Source of the DNA: Corallococcus exercitus
GTDB taxonomy: Bacteria; Myxococcota; Myxococcia; Myxococcales; Myxococcaceae
DNA length: 64,000 nt
Assembly: GCF_042231735.1 (NCBI RefSeq)
Contig: NZ_CP102577.1
Coordinates: 2,783,281 to 2,847,280 of the forward strand
Direction of reading: 5' to 3'
The notes under the pieces were generated by a model. The model made no database searches. It was given only the letters and a program-made list of their open reading frames with translations, and had not been told where the DNA came from. The translations under genes were made by a program, and so were the position numbers. Below, one piece after another: positions 18,077-27,434 of this stretch (position 1 is its first letter; each line of letters starts with the position of its first letter).

Positions 18077-19987
18077 CTACTTCGCGGGGAGGATGTGGCC
18101 GGCGGGGAGCTGCTCGCCGCCGTGGCACGTCTGCGCGCAGTTGCCGAACTTGCTGGGCGTGCCGCGCTGGTTGAAGGCGATCTGGAAGAACTCGTCCCCG
18201 TGCTGGGAGATGTGGCACGAGCCGCACAGCGCCAGGCTGGGCCGCTCCGTGCTCTTGCGCGTCAGGTGGCACACGGTGCAGTCCGCGCGGTTCGCCGGGT
18301 AGCTGGGCGAGTTCATGTGGATGCGGTGCACCATCTCCTGCGTGCGGCCCACCGTGTCCGTGTCGTAGTGGTGGCAGACCTTGCAGCTCTCGATGTGGTC
18401 CACCGACAGGCCGTGGCGCAGGTTGTCCAGCGACAGCACGCCGCGGTGGCAGATCTGGCAGTTGCCCACGTTGCCCGGGTACGTCGTGGGCTCGTCCTGG
18501 CCCACCTGGAAGAAGAACGGGTTCAGCTTCGCGACGCGCTCGCCCATGGACGCGCGGTTGAACTTCACCAGCGCCACGTAGGTGCCCGGCTTCGCGTCCG
18601 GGGGCAGCGTGAACGTCTGGCGCGTGGGCCACTTGTAGTCCATCAGGCCCGGCGTCAGGCCCGTGAGCGTGGCGTCATCCAGGAACGCGAACGGGAACGG
18701 CTTGGCGAAGAACTGGGGCTTGTCGCTGGGGTTGCCCAGCACCTGGAGGTCCTGGAGCGGGCCGGCGATGGCCACGTTGGAGATGGAGTCGTTCTCCGTG
18801 ACGGTCGCGATGACGTTGGGGACGAACGTCTGGATGCCGTTGGCCTGGCCGCTGATGATCTCCTTCGCGCTGGGCAGCAGGTCCTTGGAGTGCAGGTGGG
18901 CGCCCGCGCTGTCGCGCAGGTCCACGTAGACGCTCACGTCCTCGCCGGGCTTGTAGAAGCTGCCCTCCTTCGGGGGAGCGAACACCAGCCGCGAGTCCAG
19001 GCCCGGGCTGCACTGCACCGGGTTGCCGGCGTCGTCGGTGCAGGTGGAGGGGCGCTCATCCGGGATGACGTACGTCACCGGGAAGTAGAACGGCTTGTCC
19101 GGCAGCTGGCTCCAGGTGGCCTTGAGCGCGCCGGGGCCCGACAGGCGCGGGATGCGCAGCACCTTGAAGGGGTTGGTGCTGCCCACCATGTCCACGCGCG
19201 CGATGGTGCGCGTGATGGCGCTCTGGTCCAGGCCGCCCGGGAAGCCCGCCACGGTGCCGGGGTCCTTGTCACCGGGGAAGCGCGGCGGCTTGAGGTTCTC
19301 CGAACGCCAGGAGAAGCGGCTGTGGCCGGCGTAGGGGGACGACGCCAGCAGCTCCGAGCGCAGGTAGGTCTGGCTGGCGCGCGAGGTGCCCGTCTCGTCC
19401 AGCACCTCCACGGTGATGGTGTCGTCCTTCACCTTCTGCCAGTTCGCGTTGCCGAACTGCACCTCGCGGGTCCAGCAGTCCTCCACGGCGCCGGCGAGGC
19501 TGTAGAAGCTCCACTCGTCCGGGCCCTGGTTGACGTTGCCCCAGTCCAGGCCCGCGAACACGGACTGGTTCTTGATCCACCCGAGCGCGGCGGTCTGGTC
19601 GTTGGGGTTGTTGTGCTGGTTGACCACGGTCTCCGAGACGGAGAACTGGTTCAGGAAGTACTGGTTGTCCGAGAGGATCTGCAGCGTCCCGGTGGGAGGC
19701 GACAGCGTCAGCGGGTTCTGCGCGAGCGGCGTGATGCACACGTCCGGGTACGGGACGGGCACGCCGTTCTTCGCCACCATCTGCCCGTTGGGCAGGAAGG
19801 CGCAGCCATTGATGTACTGGAGGCTGAGCCGGATCGCGCCGGAGTTGAGCCCCTGGTAGGGGTCGAACCGCTTGGCGCCGCGACCCGTGGTGGACCCCTC
19901 GTCGTCAGTGACCTTGAGGAGGTTGCAGGACAGCAGGGGCACCAGCAGGGCGCACCACGCGCTCTTCAACAGGATTGAGCGATTCAT
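18077..19987 (-). CDS. penta-heme c-type cytochrome lipoprotein
   Basis: Lipoprotein signal (LLSC). Five heme-binding motifs are clustered in the last ~130 aa (CQICH, CKVCH, CTVCH, CGSCH, CAQTCH). The ~480-aa N-terminal domain is of unknown fold. Confidence 0.8.
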   Translation of the reverse strand: MNRSILLKSAWCALLVPLLSCNLLKVTDDEGSTTGRGAKRFDPYQGLNSGAIRLSLQYINGCAFLPNGQMVAKNGVPVPYPDVCITPLAQNPLTLSPPTGTLQILSDNQYFLNQFSVSETVVNQHNNPNDQTAALGWIKNQSVFAGLDWGNVNQGPDEWSFYSLAGAVEDCWTREVQFGNANWQKVKDDTITVEVLDETGTSRASQTYLRSELLASSPYAGHSRFSWRSENLKPPRFPGDKDPGTVAGFPGGLDQSAITRTIARVDMVGSTNPFKVLRIPRLSGPGALKATWSQLPDKPFYFPVTYVIPDERPSTCTDDAGNPVQCSPGLDSRLVFAPPKEGSFYKPGEDVSVYVDLRDSAGAHLHSKDLLPSAKEIISGQANGIQTFVPNVIATVTENDSISNVAIAGPLQDLQVLGNPSDKPQFFAKPFPFAFLDDATLTGLTPGLMDYKWPTRQTFTLPPDAKPGTYVALVKFNRASMGERVAKLNPFFFQVGQDEPTTYPGNVGNCQICHRGVLSLDNLRHGLSVDHIESCKVCHHYDTDTVGRTQEMVHRIHMNSPSYPANRADCTVCHLTRKSTERPSLALCGSCHISQHGDEFFQIAFNQRGTPSKFGNCAQTCHGGEQLPAGHILPAK

Positions 19988-20223
19988 GGAAGACGAGGCC
20001 GGAGGCAGGCAGGGGGAGGAAAGGGAGCAGGTGTCCTCACGCGCGGGCCCACGCGTCCCACCCTTCCCGACGCCGCCAGCGCTCCGCCACGCGGAGACGG
20101 TGAGGCCCGGTAAGGGTTGGGAGGAGAACACCTCATCGGTTCAAACTGACCACATTATGAGAGTCCGCGCAATTCGTGGACTTCAGATCGCGCAGGGGGG
20201 CTGAGTGCCCGCCGCCGCCTGAC

Positions 20224-21168
20224 TCAGGGCGTCGTCCGGGGCCAGAAGCTGAGGCCCGCGGACAGGAGCAGCGCGAAGACGAGCCCCAGCGCCGCGGTCT
20301 TCCCCAGGTGCGGGTTGAGCGCGCTGCCGTCCTCCCTCCAGATGGCGCGGATCTGCTTCACCGCGAGTGGCAGGGCCGCCAGCGGGAAGAGCCAGCCGCC
20401 CGCGTGCTCCGGCAGCAACAGCCAGGCGAGCACCGGGAGCACGAACGCGCCTCCCACCGCCAGCGTGTACTCCCACTGCCCGAAGCGCTGGCCGAAGCGC
20501 ACCACGAGCGTGCGCTTGCCGGCGACGACGTCCGTCTTGCGGTCGCGCAGGTTGTTCACCGCGAGGATGCCGGCGGAGAACAGCCCCATGGACAGCCCCG
20601 CCAGCCACACGGCCGGCGTGACGTGGTGGGTGAGCACGACGTAGCTGCCGCTCACCCCCAGGAGCCCGAAGATGATCAGCACCAGCACGTCCCCCAGCCC
20701 CAGGTAGCCCAGGGGGATGGGGCCCGCGGAGTAGAAGACCGCGCCCGCCAGACAGAAGGCGCCGCCCGCGAACACCGGCCACCCTTCCGCCTGCGTCAAG
20801 AGCAGCAGCGCGAGCGAGGAGCCCGTGAACGCCAGCGCCGCGGCCGTCGCCACCTCGCGCGCGGACAGCCAGCCCTTCTGCGTGACGCGCGCGGGCCCCA
20901 GGCGCGCCTCGGTGTCCGCGCCGCGCTCGAAGTCCGCGTAGTCGTTCACCAGGTTGCTGACGATCTGCATGAGCACGAAGCCCACCAGGAACGTGAGCGC
21001 GGGCACCGGCCGCCAGCTGCCCTCCGCGTTGGCGAAGGCCCAGCCCAGCACCGTGGGCGCGACGGAAGCGGTCAGCGTCTTGGGCCGCAGCGCGAGCCAC
21101 CAGATGCGGGCCAGAGGGGGTTTGGCTTCGAGCGCGACACTCGACGACGGGAGACTCGGGGTGGCCAT
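20224..21168 (-). CDS. menA: 1,4-dihydroxy-2-naphthoate polyprenyltransferase (UbiA family)
   Basis: UbiA prenyltransferase Asp-rich motif (NDYADFERG), ~9 TM helices, 314 aa. Confidence 0.8.
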   Translation of the reverse strand: MATPSLPSSSVALEAKPPLARIWWLALRPKTLTASVAPTVLGWAFANAEGSWRPVPALTFLVGFVLMQIVSNLVNDYADFERGADTEARLGPARVTQKGWLSAREVATAAALAFTGSSLALLLLTQAEGWPVFAGGAFCLAGAVFYSAGPIPLGYLGLGDVLVLIIFGLLGVSGSYVVLTHHVTPAVWLAGLSMGLFSAGILAVNNLRDRKTDVVAGKRTLVVRFGQRFGQWEYTLAVGGAFVLPVLAWLLLPEHAGGWLFPLAALPLAVKQIRAIWREDGSALNPHLGKTAALGLVFALLLSAGLSFWPRTTP

Positions 21169-21360
21169 GGATGTCCGGGGGAGGGCAGCAGCCGCACGGT
21201 AAAGCTACAAGCCCACCAGCGGCAAGAGGACGCAATGTCTCACATTCATCCTCCTCATGTATCACCTGATACAGGCCCGCACCGTCGGTAGCAGACGCGC
21301 CTTGTCAACACTCCGTCCGCCCGCGGCGTGACTCAAAGGCAGACACCAGTCACACCTCAA

Positions 21361-21415
21361 GTTAATTCAAGAACAAGTAGAATTAATTGAATAGAAGGCT
21401 TAGTGGATGATAAAA
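21361..21415. promoter_or_regulatory. AT-rich (~25% GC) block with TTCAA...TTGAA symmetry immediately upstream of the lipoprotein gene
   Basis: gttaattcaagaacaagtagaattaattgaatagaaggcttagtggatgataaaagg. This is highly atypical for this genome. A GTATCA-cc-TGATAC palindrome lies at 21259-21272. Confidence 0.4.
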
Positions 21416-21416
21416 G

Positions 21417-22118
21417 GTGGCCATGAACTCCTCTTCCTTCTCCTCCTCCCCTGCCCCGTCCCTTTCGCGCCGGGGTGCCCTGGCGCTGCTGGGTGCGCTC
21501 GCGTTCGCACTCGCCGGCTGCCAGCCGGTCCTCTCCATCGCCGACGCGCGGTCTCGCGCCGACGGGTCGGAGGTGACGGTGCAGGGCGCGGTCACCGTGC
21601 CCCCCGGCGCGTTCGCCTCCGCCATGGGCGACGAGGGCTTCGCCATCCAGGACGACACCGGCGGCATCTACGTGAAGCTCGAGGAGAAGCTGTCCTTCGG
21701 ACTGGGGGCCCGCGTGCGAGTCACCGGCACGCTGGACGAGCAGAACCAGCTGCGCATCCTCAAGACGGTGCCCGTGGACGTGGACCTGAGGCCCGGCACG
21801 GAGCAGGTGGCGCCCCAGGACGTCACCACCGGCGGTGTGAACGAGTCCGTGGAGGGCGAGCTCATCCGCGTGAGCGGCGCCATCACCCAGGCCTTCGTGG
21901 ACGACTCGCCCTACGGCTACAAGCTCTACATCGACGACGGCACCGGCGAGGTGCAGGTGTTCGTCCACGTGTCCGCCGGGTTCGACAAGGCCGCGCTCCA
22001 GGCCCTCACCGTGGGACAGCGCATCACCGTGGTGGGGCTGGCCGCGCAGTACGAGACCACCTACGAGGTCGCCCCCCGCATGCCGAGCGACCTGGTGGTC
22101 CAGACGACCACCCCCTGA
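21417..22118 (+). CDS. lipoprotein of unknown function
   Basis: Lipoprotein signal (LAFALAGC). It follows an unusual AT-rich upstream region. Confidence 0.55.
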   Translation: MAMNSSSFSSSPAPSLSRRGALALLGALAFALAGCQPVLSIADARSRADGSEVTVQGAVTVPPGAFASAMGDEGFAIQDDTGGIYVKLEEKLSFGLGARVRVTGTLDEQNQLRILKTVPVDVDLRPGTEQVAPQDVTTGGVNESVEGELIRVSGAITQAFVDDSPYGYKLYIDDGTGEVQVFVHVSAGFDKAALQALTVGQRITVVGLAAQYETTYEVAPRMPSDLVVQTTTP

Positions 22119-22328
22119 CGGGCAGGCGGGCGCCCCTGGGTATCTGGTGCCCCAGGAGCCAGTCGAGGGGCCGGCGGGCCGTTGGCTTTCGTGCAACACC
22201 CCTGATGTGGGCCCGGGGGCGGATGCACGATAGCCAACGCGCGCCTGGCAAGCAGTCAGCCGGGCAGGTTCCAAGCACACCGGCAGTGCCAATCCATCGG
22301 GGTCCCTGGCGGACGAACGAGGGCTGGC

Positions 22329-24779
22329 ATGGACGGACTTCGAGGAACAGCTGCGGTCTTGCTTGCGTGCGCGGGCCTGTGGGCCCCGGGCGCCGCGTGG
22401 GCGCAGGCCGCCGGTGAGGACGACTCCGGCGACGTGATGTCGGAAGAGAAGCTGGAGGCCCTGCTCGACACGCCGACGGCGCAGCCCTCCCAGGACGAGG
22501 TGACGGCGGAGGCCTTCGGGCCGGAGCGGCTGACGCCCTACTTCGCGGAAGGCCTGCTGGCGAAGGCGAAGGCGGAGTTCGACCGGGGCCGGTACAAGTC
22601 CGCGCGGGCGCTGCTCGCCACGGAGTCCCCCCCTTCCCTCCCCGGCCGCTTCCTCCAGGCCCAGAGCGCGTTCCTCGCGCGCGACTTCGCCACCGCCGCC
22701 GCGGAGTTCACCGCGCTCGCGGAGGACTACGCGCCCCTGCGCGACCACTGCCTGATGCGGGCCGCGCAGTCGCATGAGCGGCTGCGCAAGCCGCTGCGCG
22801 CGGCGGAGCAGTACGGCCAGGTGAGCCCGGGCTCCCCGCTCTACCCGGAGGCCCGCTTCACCATGGCGCGCGTGCTCAAGCGCCAGCTGCGCATCCCCGA
22901 GGCGCTGACCGCGCTGCAGGAGTTCATCGACAGCCGGCAGGCCCGCGGCCCGGACGCGCTCCGCATGAAGGCGCTGCTCGCGTACTGCGACCTGGCGCGC
23001 GCGCAGGGCATGTACAACGCCGAGCACCGCGCGCTGCTGGAGGTCTGGGCCACCGCGCCCCTGTCACCGGAGGCGGACCGCGCTCGCGCCCTGCTGCGCG
23101 ACCTGCCCCTGCCCATGAAGTGGCGCGTGCGCCGCGCGGAGGCGCTGGTGGAGCTGCACCAGAACGTCGCGGCCATGAACATGCTGGCCCGCTCGGGCCC
23201 CCGGACGGAGCTCCCGGACGAGCTGGCCTGCCGCGCCCAGCTCACCCTGGGCCGCGCGCTGCGCAAGGAGCGCCAGCACCGCCGCGCCATCCAGGTGCTG
23301 GAGCCGGTGGCGCGCGAGTGCCTGTCGCCCGAGCAGCGGCCGCAGGCGCTCTACCTGCTCGCCTATTCGCAGTCGGTGGTGCAGCCGGAAGCGGCGGTGG
23401 AGACGTACGCCACGCTGGCGCGGGACTACCCGGAGCACGGCTACGCGGACGACGCGCTGTTCTTCGAGGCCTGGACGCAGCAGCGCCTGAACCGCACGGA
23501 CGAAGCGCTTCAGAACTACGAGGCGCTGGCGAAGCGCTACCCCGCGGGCAACTTCGCCGCCGAGGCCCTCTTCCGCGCCTTCTGGCTGCACCTGCGCAAG
23601 AACGAGACGCAGCCGGGTCTGGCGTCGCTGATGGCGGTGGAGCAGCTGCCGGAGGCCGCGCGCACCGACGAGGCCCTGTGGCGCGCGCGCTACTGGCAGG
23701 CGCGGGTCCAGGAGAACGGCGGCGCGCTGGACGCGGCGCTCGCGCGCTACGAGCTCATCGCCACCGAGCGCCCCACGGCCTGGTACGGCCTGCTGTCCCG
23801 CACGCGGCTGGCGCAGCACGCGCCGGAGCGGCTGGCGCGGCTGACGGAGGCCTCCGCGCAGGCCGTCCCCGCGAAGACGCTGAACACCGCCGCGCCGGCC
23901 AGCGACGAGGTCTGGCCCCTGCCCCCGGGCCCGCTCCGGAAGGATCCGCGCTTCGCGGCGGGCGTGGAGCTCTTGCGCCTGGGACAGCCGGGCGTGGTGG
24001 AGGAGCTGCTCGCGGTGGACACGCGCGGCCTGGCGGAGGCGCCCGCGCGGCTGCTCTACCAGACCATGCGCCGCACCGGCCGGGGCCGGGCCACGCGGCA
24101 GGTGGCCCGCGTGACGCTGCGCCAGGAGGCCGCGGGCCCCTTGAGCGCCGCGTCCCGCCCGGTGTGGGAGGCGACGTGGCCGCTCGCGTTCCGGCCGCTC
24201 ATCCAGAGCCATTCGCGGGCCGCGCGCGTGGATCCGGACCTCCTGCAGGGCCTCATCCGCGAGGAGAGCCGGTTCAACCCGCGCGCGCGCTCCTCCACCG
24301 GCGCGCTGGGGCTCGCGCAGCTCATGCCCGGCACGGCGAAGCAGGTGGCGGACTCGCTCAAGCTGGCGTCGTTCGAGGTGTCGTCGCTCCTCCAGCCCGC
24401 GCAGAACATCCGGCTGGGCGCGACGTACCTGGGCTCGCTGCTCAAGCACTTCGGCGGCAACCCCGCCTACGCCGTGGCCGCCTACAACGCGGGCCCCGCC
24501 GCGGTGGAGCGCTGGCGCAAGGCCCTGCCCCAGGCGGAGCTGGACGAGTGGGTGGAGCACATCGCCTTCGATGAGACCCGCGACTACGTGAAGCGCGTGC
24601 TCAGCAGCTACAGCGCCTACAAGCTGCTCTACGCGAATGAGGTCCCGGCCTCCTTCGCGCCGGCGCGCAAGGCCCCGCTGGAGGCCGCGCGCACGCCCTC
24701 GGTGAGCCCCGCCACCGGCGTGGGCGGCAGCGGCCGGAACGTGGCGACGCCCACGTCCTCCGTCTCCGGGAGACGCTAG
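22329..24779 (+). CDS. soluble lytic murein transglycosylase (TPR/superhelical N-domain plus SLT catalytic domain)
   Basis: Signal peptide and long alpha-helical repeats. The C-terminal SLT motifs are present (EESRFNPRARSSTGALGLAQLMP, AYNAGPAAVERW). Confidence 0.9.
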   Translation: MDGLRGTAAVLLACAGLWAPGAAWAQAAGEDDSGDVMSEEKLEALLDTPTAQPSQDEVTAEAFGPERLTPYFAEGLLAKAKAEFDRGRYKSARALLATESPPSLPGRFLQAQSAFLARDFATAAAEFTALAEDYAPLRDHCLMRAAQSHERLRKPLRAAEQYGQVSPGSPLYPEARFTMARVLKRQLRIPEALTALQEFIDSRQARGPDALRMKALLAYCDLARAQGMYNAEHRALLEVWATAPLSPEADRARALLRDLPLPMKWRVRRAEALVELHQNVAAMNMLARSGPRTELPDELACRAQLTLGRALRKERQHRRAIQVLEPVARECLSPEQRPQALYLLAYSQSVVQPEAAVETYATLARDYPEHGYADDALFFEAWTQQRLNRTDEALQNYEALAKRYPAGNFAAEALFRAFWLHLRKNETQPGLASLMAVEQLPEAARTDEALWRARYWQARVQENGGALDAALARYELIATERPTAWYGLLSRTRLAQHAPERLARLTEASAQAVPAKTLNTAAPASDEVWPLPPGPLRKDPRFAAGVELLRLGQPGVVEELLAVDTRGLAEAPARLLYQTMRRTGRGRATRQVARVTLRQEAAGPLSAASRPVWEATWPLAFRPLIQSHSRAARVDPDLLQGLIREESRFNPRARSSTGALGLAQLMPGTAKQVADSLKLASFEVSSLLQPAQNIRLGATYLGSLLKHFGGNPAYAVAAYNAGPAAVERWRKALPQAELDEWVEHIAFDETRDYVKRVLSSYSAYKLLYANEVPASFAPARKAPLEAARTPSVSPATGVGGSGRNVATPTSSVSGRR

Positions 24780-24832
24780 CGGCACGACGCCGGACGGGAG
24801 TCGCGAGGCCCCCGTCCGGCACGCCTTCCCTG

Positions 24833-25645
24833 CTACTTCACGCCCGTGGGCTGCGTGATGGACTCCGACCGGATGGTGTACTGGCCGGCGATGGCGTTCG
24901 TGTCGATGCCCGTGAAGTGACGGTACGGGTACGCGCCATCCGCGATGATCTCGATGAACTCCACCGAGTCACCCGTGACGGACTTGCCGTTGAGGTCCAC
25001 GGCGAAGGTGTTCTTCTCCGCGTCCACGCGCCACACGCACGCGCCCACGTTCGTCTCCGCGGAGCCGGTGGACAGCCCGTCGATGTCGAAGTCGTTCAGG
25101 AAGTGGTGGTGCATCTCCGCCCAGCGGAGGAAGTCCCGGAAGTTGGTGAAGACGATCATCATCCCGGCCGGCTGCTGGCTGGAGCCCTGGAGCACGCCGC
25201 CCCGGTAGACGTTCATCCGGTACGCGGAGCCGCCCGGTGAGCCCGTGAACGTGGGCACCAGGTTGACCGAGTTCGCCTCACGGCCCGGGGTGACCTTCAG
25301 CGTGCTGACGACCTGATCCCCATCGCGCGCGGCCAGCTGGTAGCCGCCCTGCGCGCCCAGGCTGAACGCCACGCGCTGCTCCCACTTCACCGCCTGCGCG
25401 AAGCTGCTGGAGACGCCGTCCTTCTGCGTCAGCAGCCCCGACACCGCCAGCCCGTCCGCGACGGAGTCCACCTTCGCCCGGCCCAACGCGCAGGTCGTGA
25501 TGCCCTCGAACTTCTTCACACACTGGGACGCCGCGGACTCCTGCGCGCTCAGCGAACCGGCGGCCTGTCCGTCGTCACCGCCCGCGCAACCCGTCATGCC
25601 CAGCAGCAGGGACGCCAGCAGGGAACCCGTCATCTTCAGGTGCAT
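24833..25645 (-). CDS. lipoprotein of unknown function
   Basis: Signal plus lipobox (LLLGMTGC). 270 aa. Confidence 0.55.
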   Translation of the reverse strand: MHLKMTGSLLASLLLGMTGCAGGDDGQAAGSLSAQESAASQCVKKFEGITTCALGRAKVDSVADGLAVSGLLTQKDGVSSSFAQAVKWEQRVAFSLGAQGGYQLAARDGDQVVSTLKVTPGREANSVNLVPTFTGSPGGSAYRMNVYRGGVLQGSSQQPAGMMIVFTNFRDFLRWAEMHHHFLNDFDIDGLSTGSAETNVGACVWRVDAEKNTFAVDLNGKSVTGDSVEFIEIIADGAYPYRHFTGIDTNAIAGQYTIRSESITQPTGVK

Positions 25646-25762
25646 GCACTACCTCATCGTGTGGGGTGGACTGCCCGCGGCCCTACTGCACCCCGCGCGC
25701 CAATACCCGGAGTCCGTCTGTTTTCACTCTTGCAATTCATTGCGTGAGAAAACAGGAGTAGC

Positions 25763-25781
25763 GTTTCATGCTACATGAAAC
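25763..25781. promoter_or_regulatory. perfect 8-bp inverted repeat GTTTCATG-cta-CATGAAAC upstream of the M28 peptidase gene
   Basis: Seen directly. It is flanked by further partial palindromes (GTTTTC...GAAAAC, TGCAAT..ATTGCG) at 25716-25750. Confidence 0.4.
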
Positions 25782-25964
25782 ACACGCCATGTGACGGTCC
25801 CGGTCTCACGCGGAGCGCCAGGACGTCTCGCGCCCGGGCATGCTCGTGAAACCTGGATTCAAGGGATGAGCCGTGCGCGGGTGGAACTTTGCAGTGGCTC
25901 ACAACTCCGGCGTGGCCGGTCGGATAATCTGGGGAGCGCGGTTCCTCCCCCCGGACACCCCACC

Positions 25965-27374
25965 ATGGCCTCGAAGATCAACGACAGCTCGCGTCCCCTC
26001 ACCTCCGTCTCGCGGTTGTCCTCGCAGGACGCCCGGAGCTCGGAGGCGAAGACCCGGAACCGCCCCCTCGCGTGGAAGGACGGCTTCGAGTCCTCCGGGG
26101 CGCGCCCCGGCTCCAAGCTGCCGCAGCTGCCGGCGCCGCCTCCGGTGCTGTCGCTGCCGCCGCCCGCCACCACGACGCCGGTGCCGCCGGAGGCTCCCAC
26201 CGAGCCGCCCGTGTCGGCCGACTCGGATCCGATGACGCACATCGAGTACCTGGCGTCGGACGCGCTGCAGGGACGTGACAGCCCCTCCGCGGGCCTGGAC
26301 GCCGCTTCCGTCTACGTGCAGGCGCACGCGGAGAAGTACGGGCTCGTGGGCCCCAACATCAACAACCCGGAGAACCCCTTCCAGCAGCGCTTCAACGTCT
26401 ACTCGTGGCTGGGCGCGGACAAGGCGGGCGAGGAGGCCGGCGCGGCCCACGCCGGGCACGCCGAGCACAAGGAGTTCGGCCACACCCTGTTCCAGGAGGG
26501 CTTCTACCTGGACGAGAAGATGCCCAGGGACACGCTGAAGCGGCTCAATCAGCAGTACGAGCAGACGATGAAGGCGGCGGGCCAGACGGTGGTGCCGGCG
26601 CGCACGGGCCCGCAGCGCAGCGTGGAGGAGCTCAAGCAGGTGGCCACCGCCACGGGCCAGGCGGTGAACACCATGGCCCTGCTGCCCGGAACCGGCCCGC
26701 ACAAGGACGAGGTCATCGTCGTGATGGCCCACCTGGACCACGTGGGCGTGGACCGCAAGGGCAACGCCTACAACGGCGCGGACGACAACGCGTCCGGCAG
26801 CGCGGTGCTGATGGCGGCGGTGCCGGAGCTGGCGGAGGCCGCGAAGAACGGCAAGCTGGACCGCTCCGTGCTCTTCGTCTGGACGGGCGCGGAGGAGAAG
26901 GGGCTGGTGGGCTCGCAGTACTTCGTGGACCACCCCATCCCCGGCCTGGAGCTGAAGAACATCGCCGGCGTCATCAACACGGACATGGTGGGCCGCTGGG
27001 ATGATCAGCGCCTGTCCGTGGTGGACACCAACACCCGGGGCCAGCCCAACTACTTCCGCGACGTGGTGGACCAGGCGAACCAGCAGCTGGCGGATCCGTT
27101 CGACCGCATCAACCGCGACATCAACGTCTACCGCGACCGGCAGGACGGCGCGTCCTTCGGGCGCAAGGGCGAGGACGTCCTCTTCCTCTTCGAGGGCCTG
27201 TCCAACCCCGAGGGCGGCGGCGACCTCATCCCCGAGTACCACCGGCAGGATGACGACATCGACAAGATCATCGAGGACAACGGCGGCAACAAGCCCCGCC
27301 GCGTGAAGGACCTGCTGCTCAACGTCATCCACCTGGCGGCGAACCGCACGACGGAGCCGCAGCCGCCGAAGTAG
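25965..27374 (+). CDS. M28-family zinc aminopeptidase
   Basis: M28 metal and catalytic motifs (HLDHVG, NGADDNASGSAVLM, GAEEKGLVGS). The start is uncertain; ATG at 25965 chosen. Confidence 0.8.
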   Translation: MASKINDSSRPLTSVSRLSSQDARSSEAKTRNRPLAWKDGFESSGARPGSKLPQLPAPPPVLSLPPPATTTPVPPEAPTEPPVSADSDPMTHIEYLASDALQGRDSPSAGLDAASVYVQAHAEKYGLVGPNINNPENPFQQRFNVYSWLGADKAGEEAGAAHAGHAEHKEFGHTLFQEGFYLDEKMPRDTLKRLNQQYEQTMKAAGQTVVPARTGPQRSVEELKQVATATGQAVNTMALLPGTGPHKDEVIVVMAHLDHVGVDRKGNAYNGADDNASGSAVLMAAVPELAEAAKNGKLDRSVLFVWTGAEEKGLVGSQYFVDHPIPGLELKNIAGVINTDMVGRWDDQRLSVVDTNTRGQPNYFRDVVDQANQQLADPFDRINRDINVYRDRQDGASFGRKGEDVLFLFEGLSNPEGGGDLIPEYHRQDDDIDKIIEDNGGNKPRRVKDLLLNVIHLAANRTTEPQPPK

Positions 27375-27434
27375 CCGCTCGCGGCACCTTCCGCCGGAAG
27401 GGAGCCCTTCCGGCGGGAGCTTCCAGCGGGCCTG

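Noticed and set aside
15794-19978. 1394-aa plus-strand ORF antisense to the whole cytochrome operon
   Set aside because: Composition is almost entirely R/G/A/V/L/H with no domains. The minus-strand frames carry the CxxCH motifs and signal peptides.
20125-20165. tRNA-like T-loop fragment (GGTTCAAACTGACC) in the menA-cytochrome intergenic region
   Set aside because: No acceptor-stem pairing, no D-loop or anticodon arm can be built around it. Probably part of the cytochrome operon promoter.
21357-24785. Minus-strand ORFs 21357..23027 (556 aa) and 23064..24785 (573 aa)
   Set aside because: Antisense to the lipoprotein and lytic-transglycosylase genes. Composition artefact.
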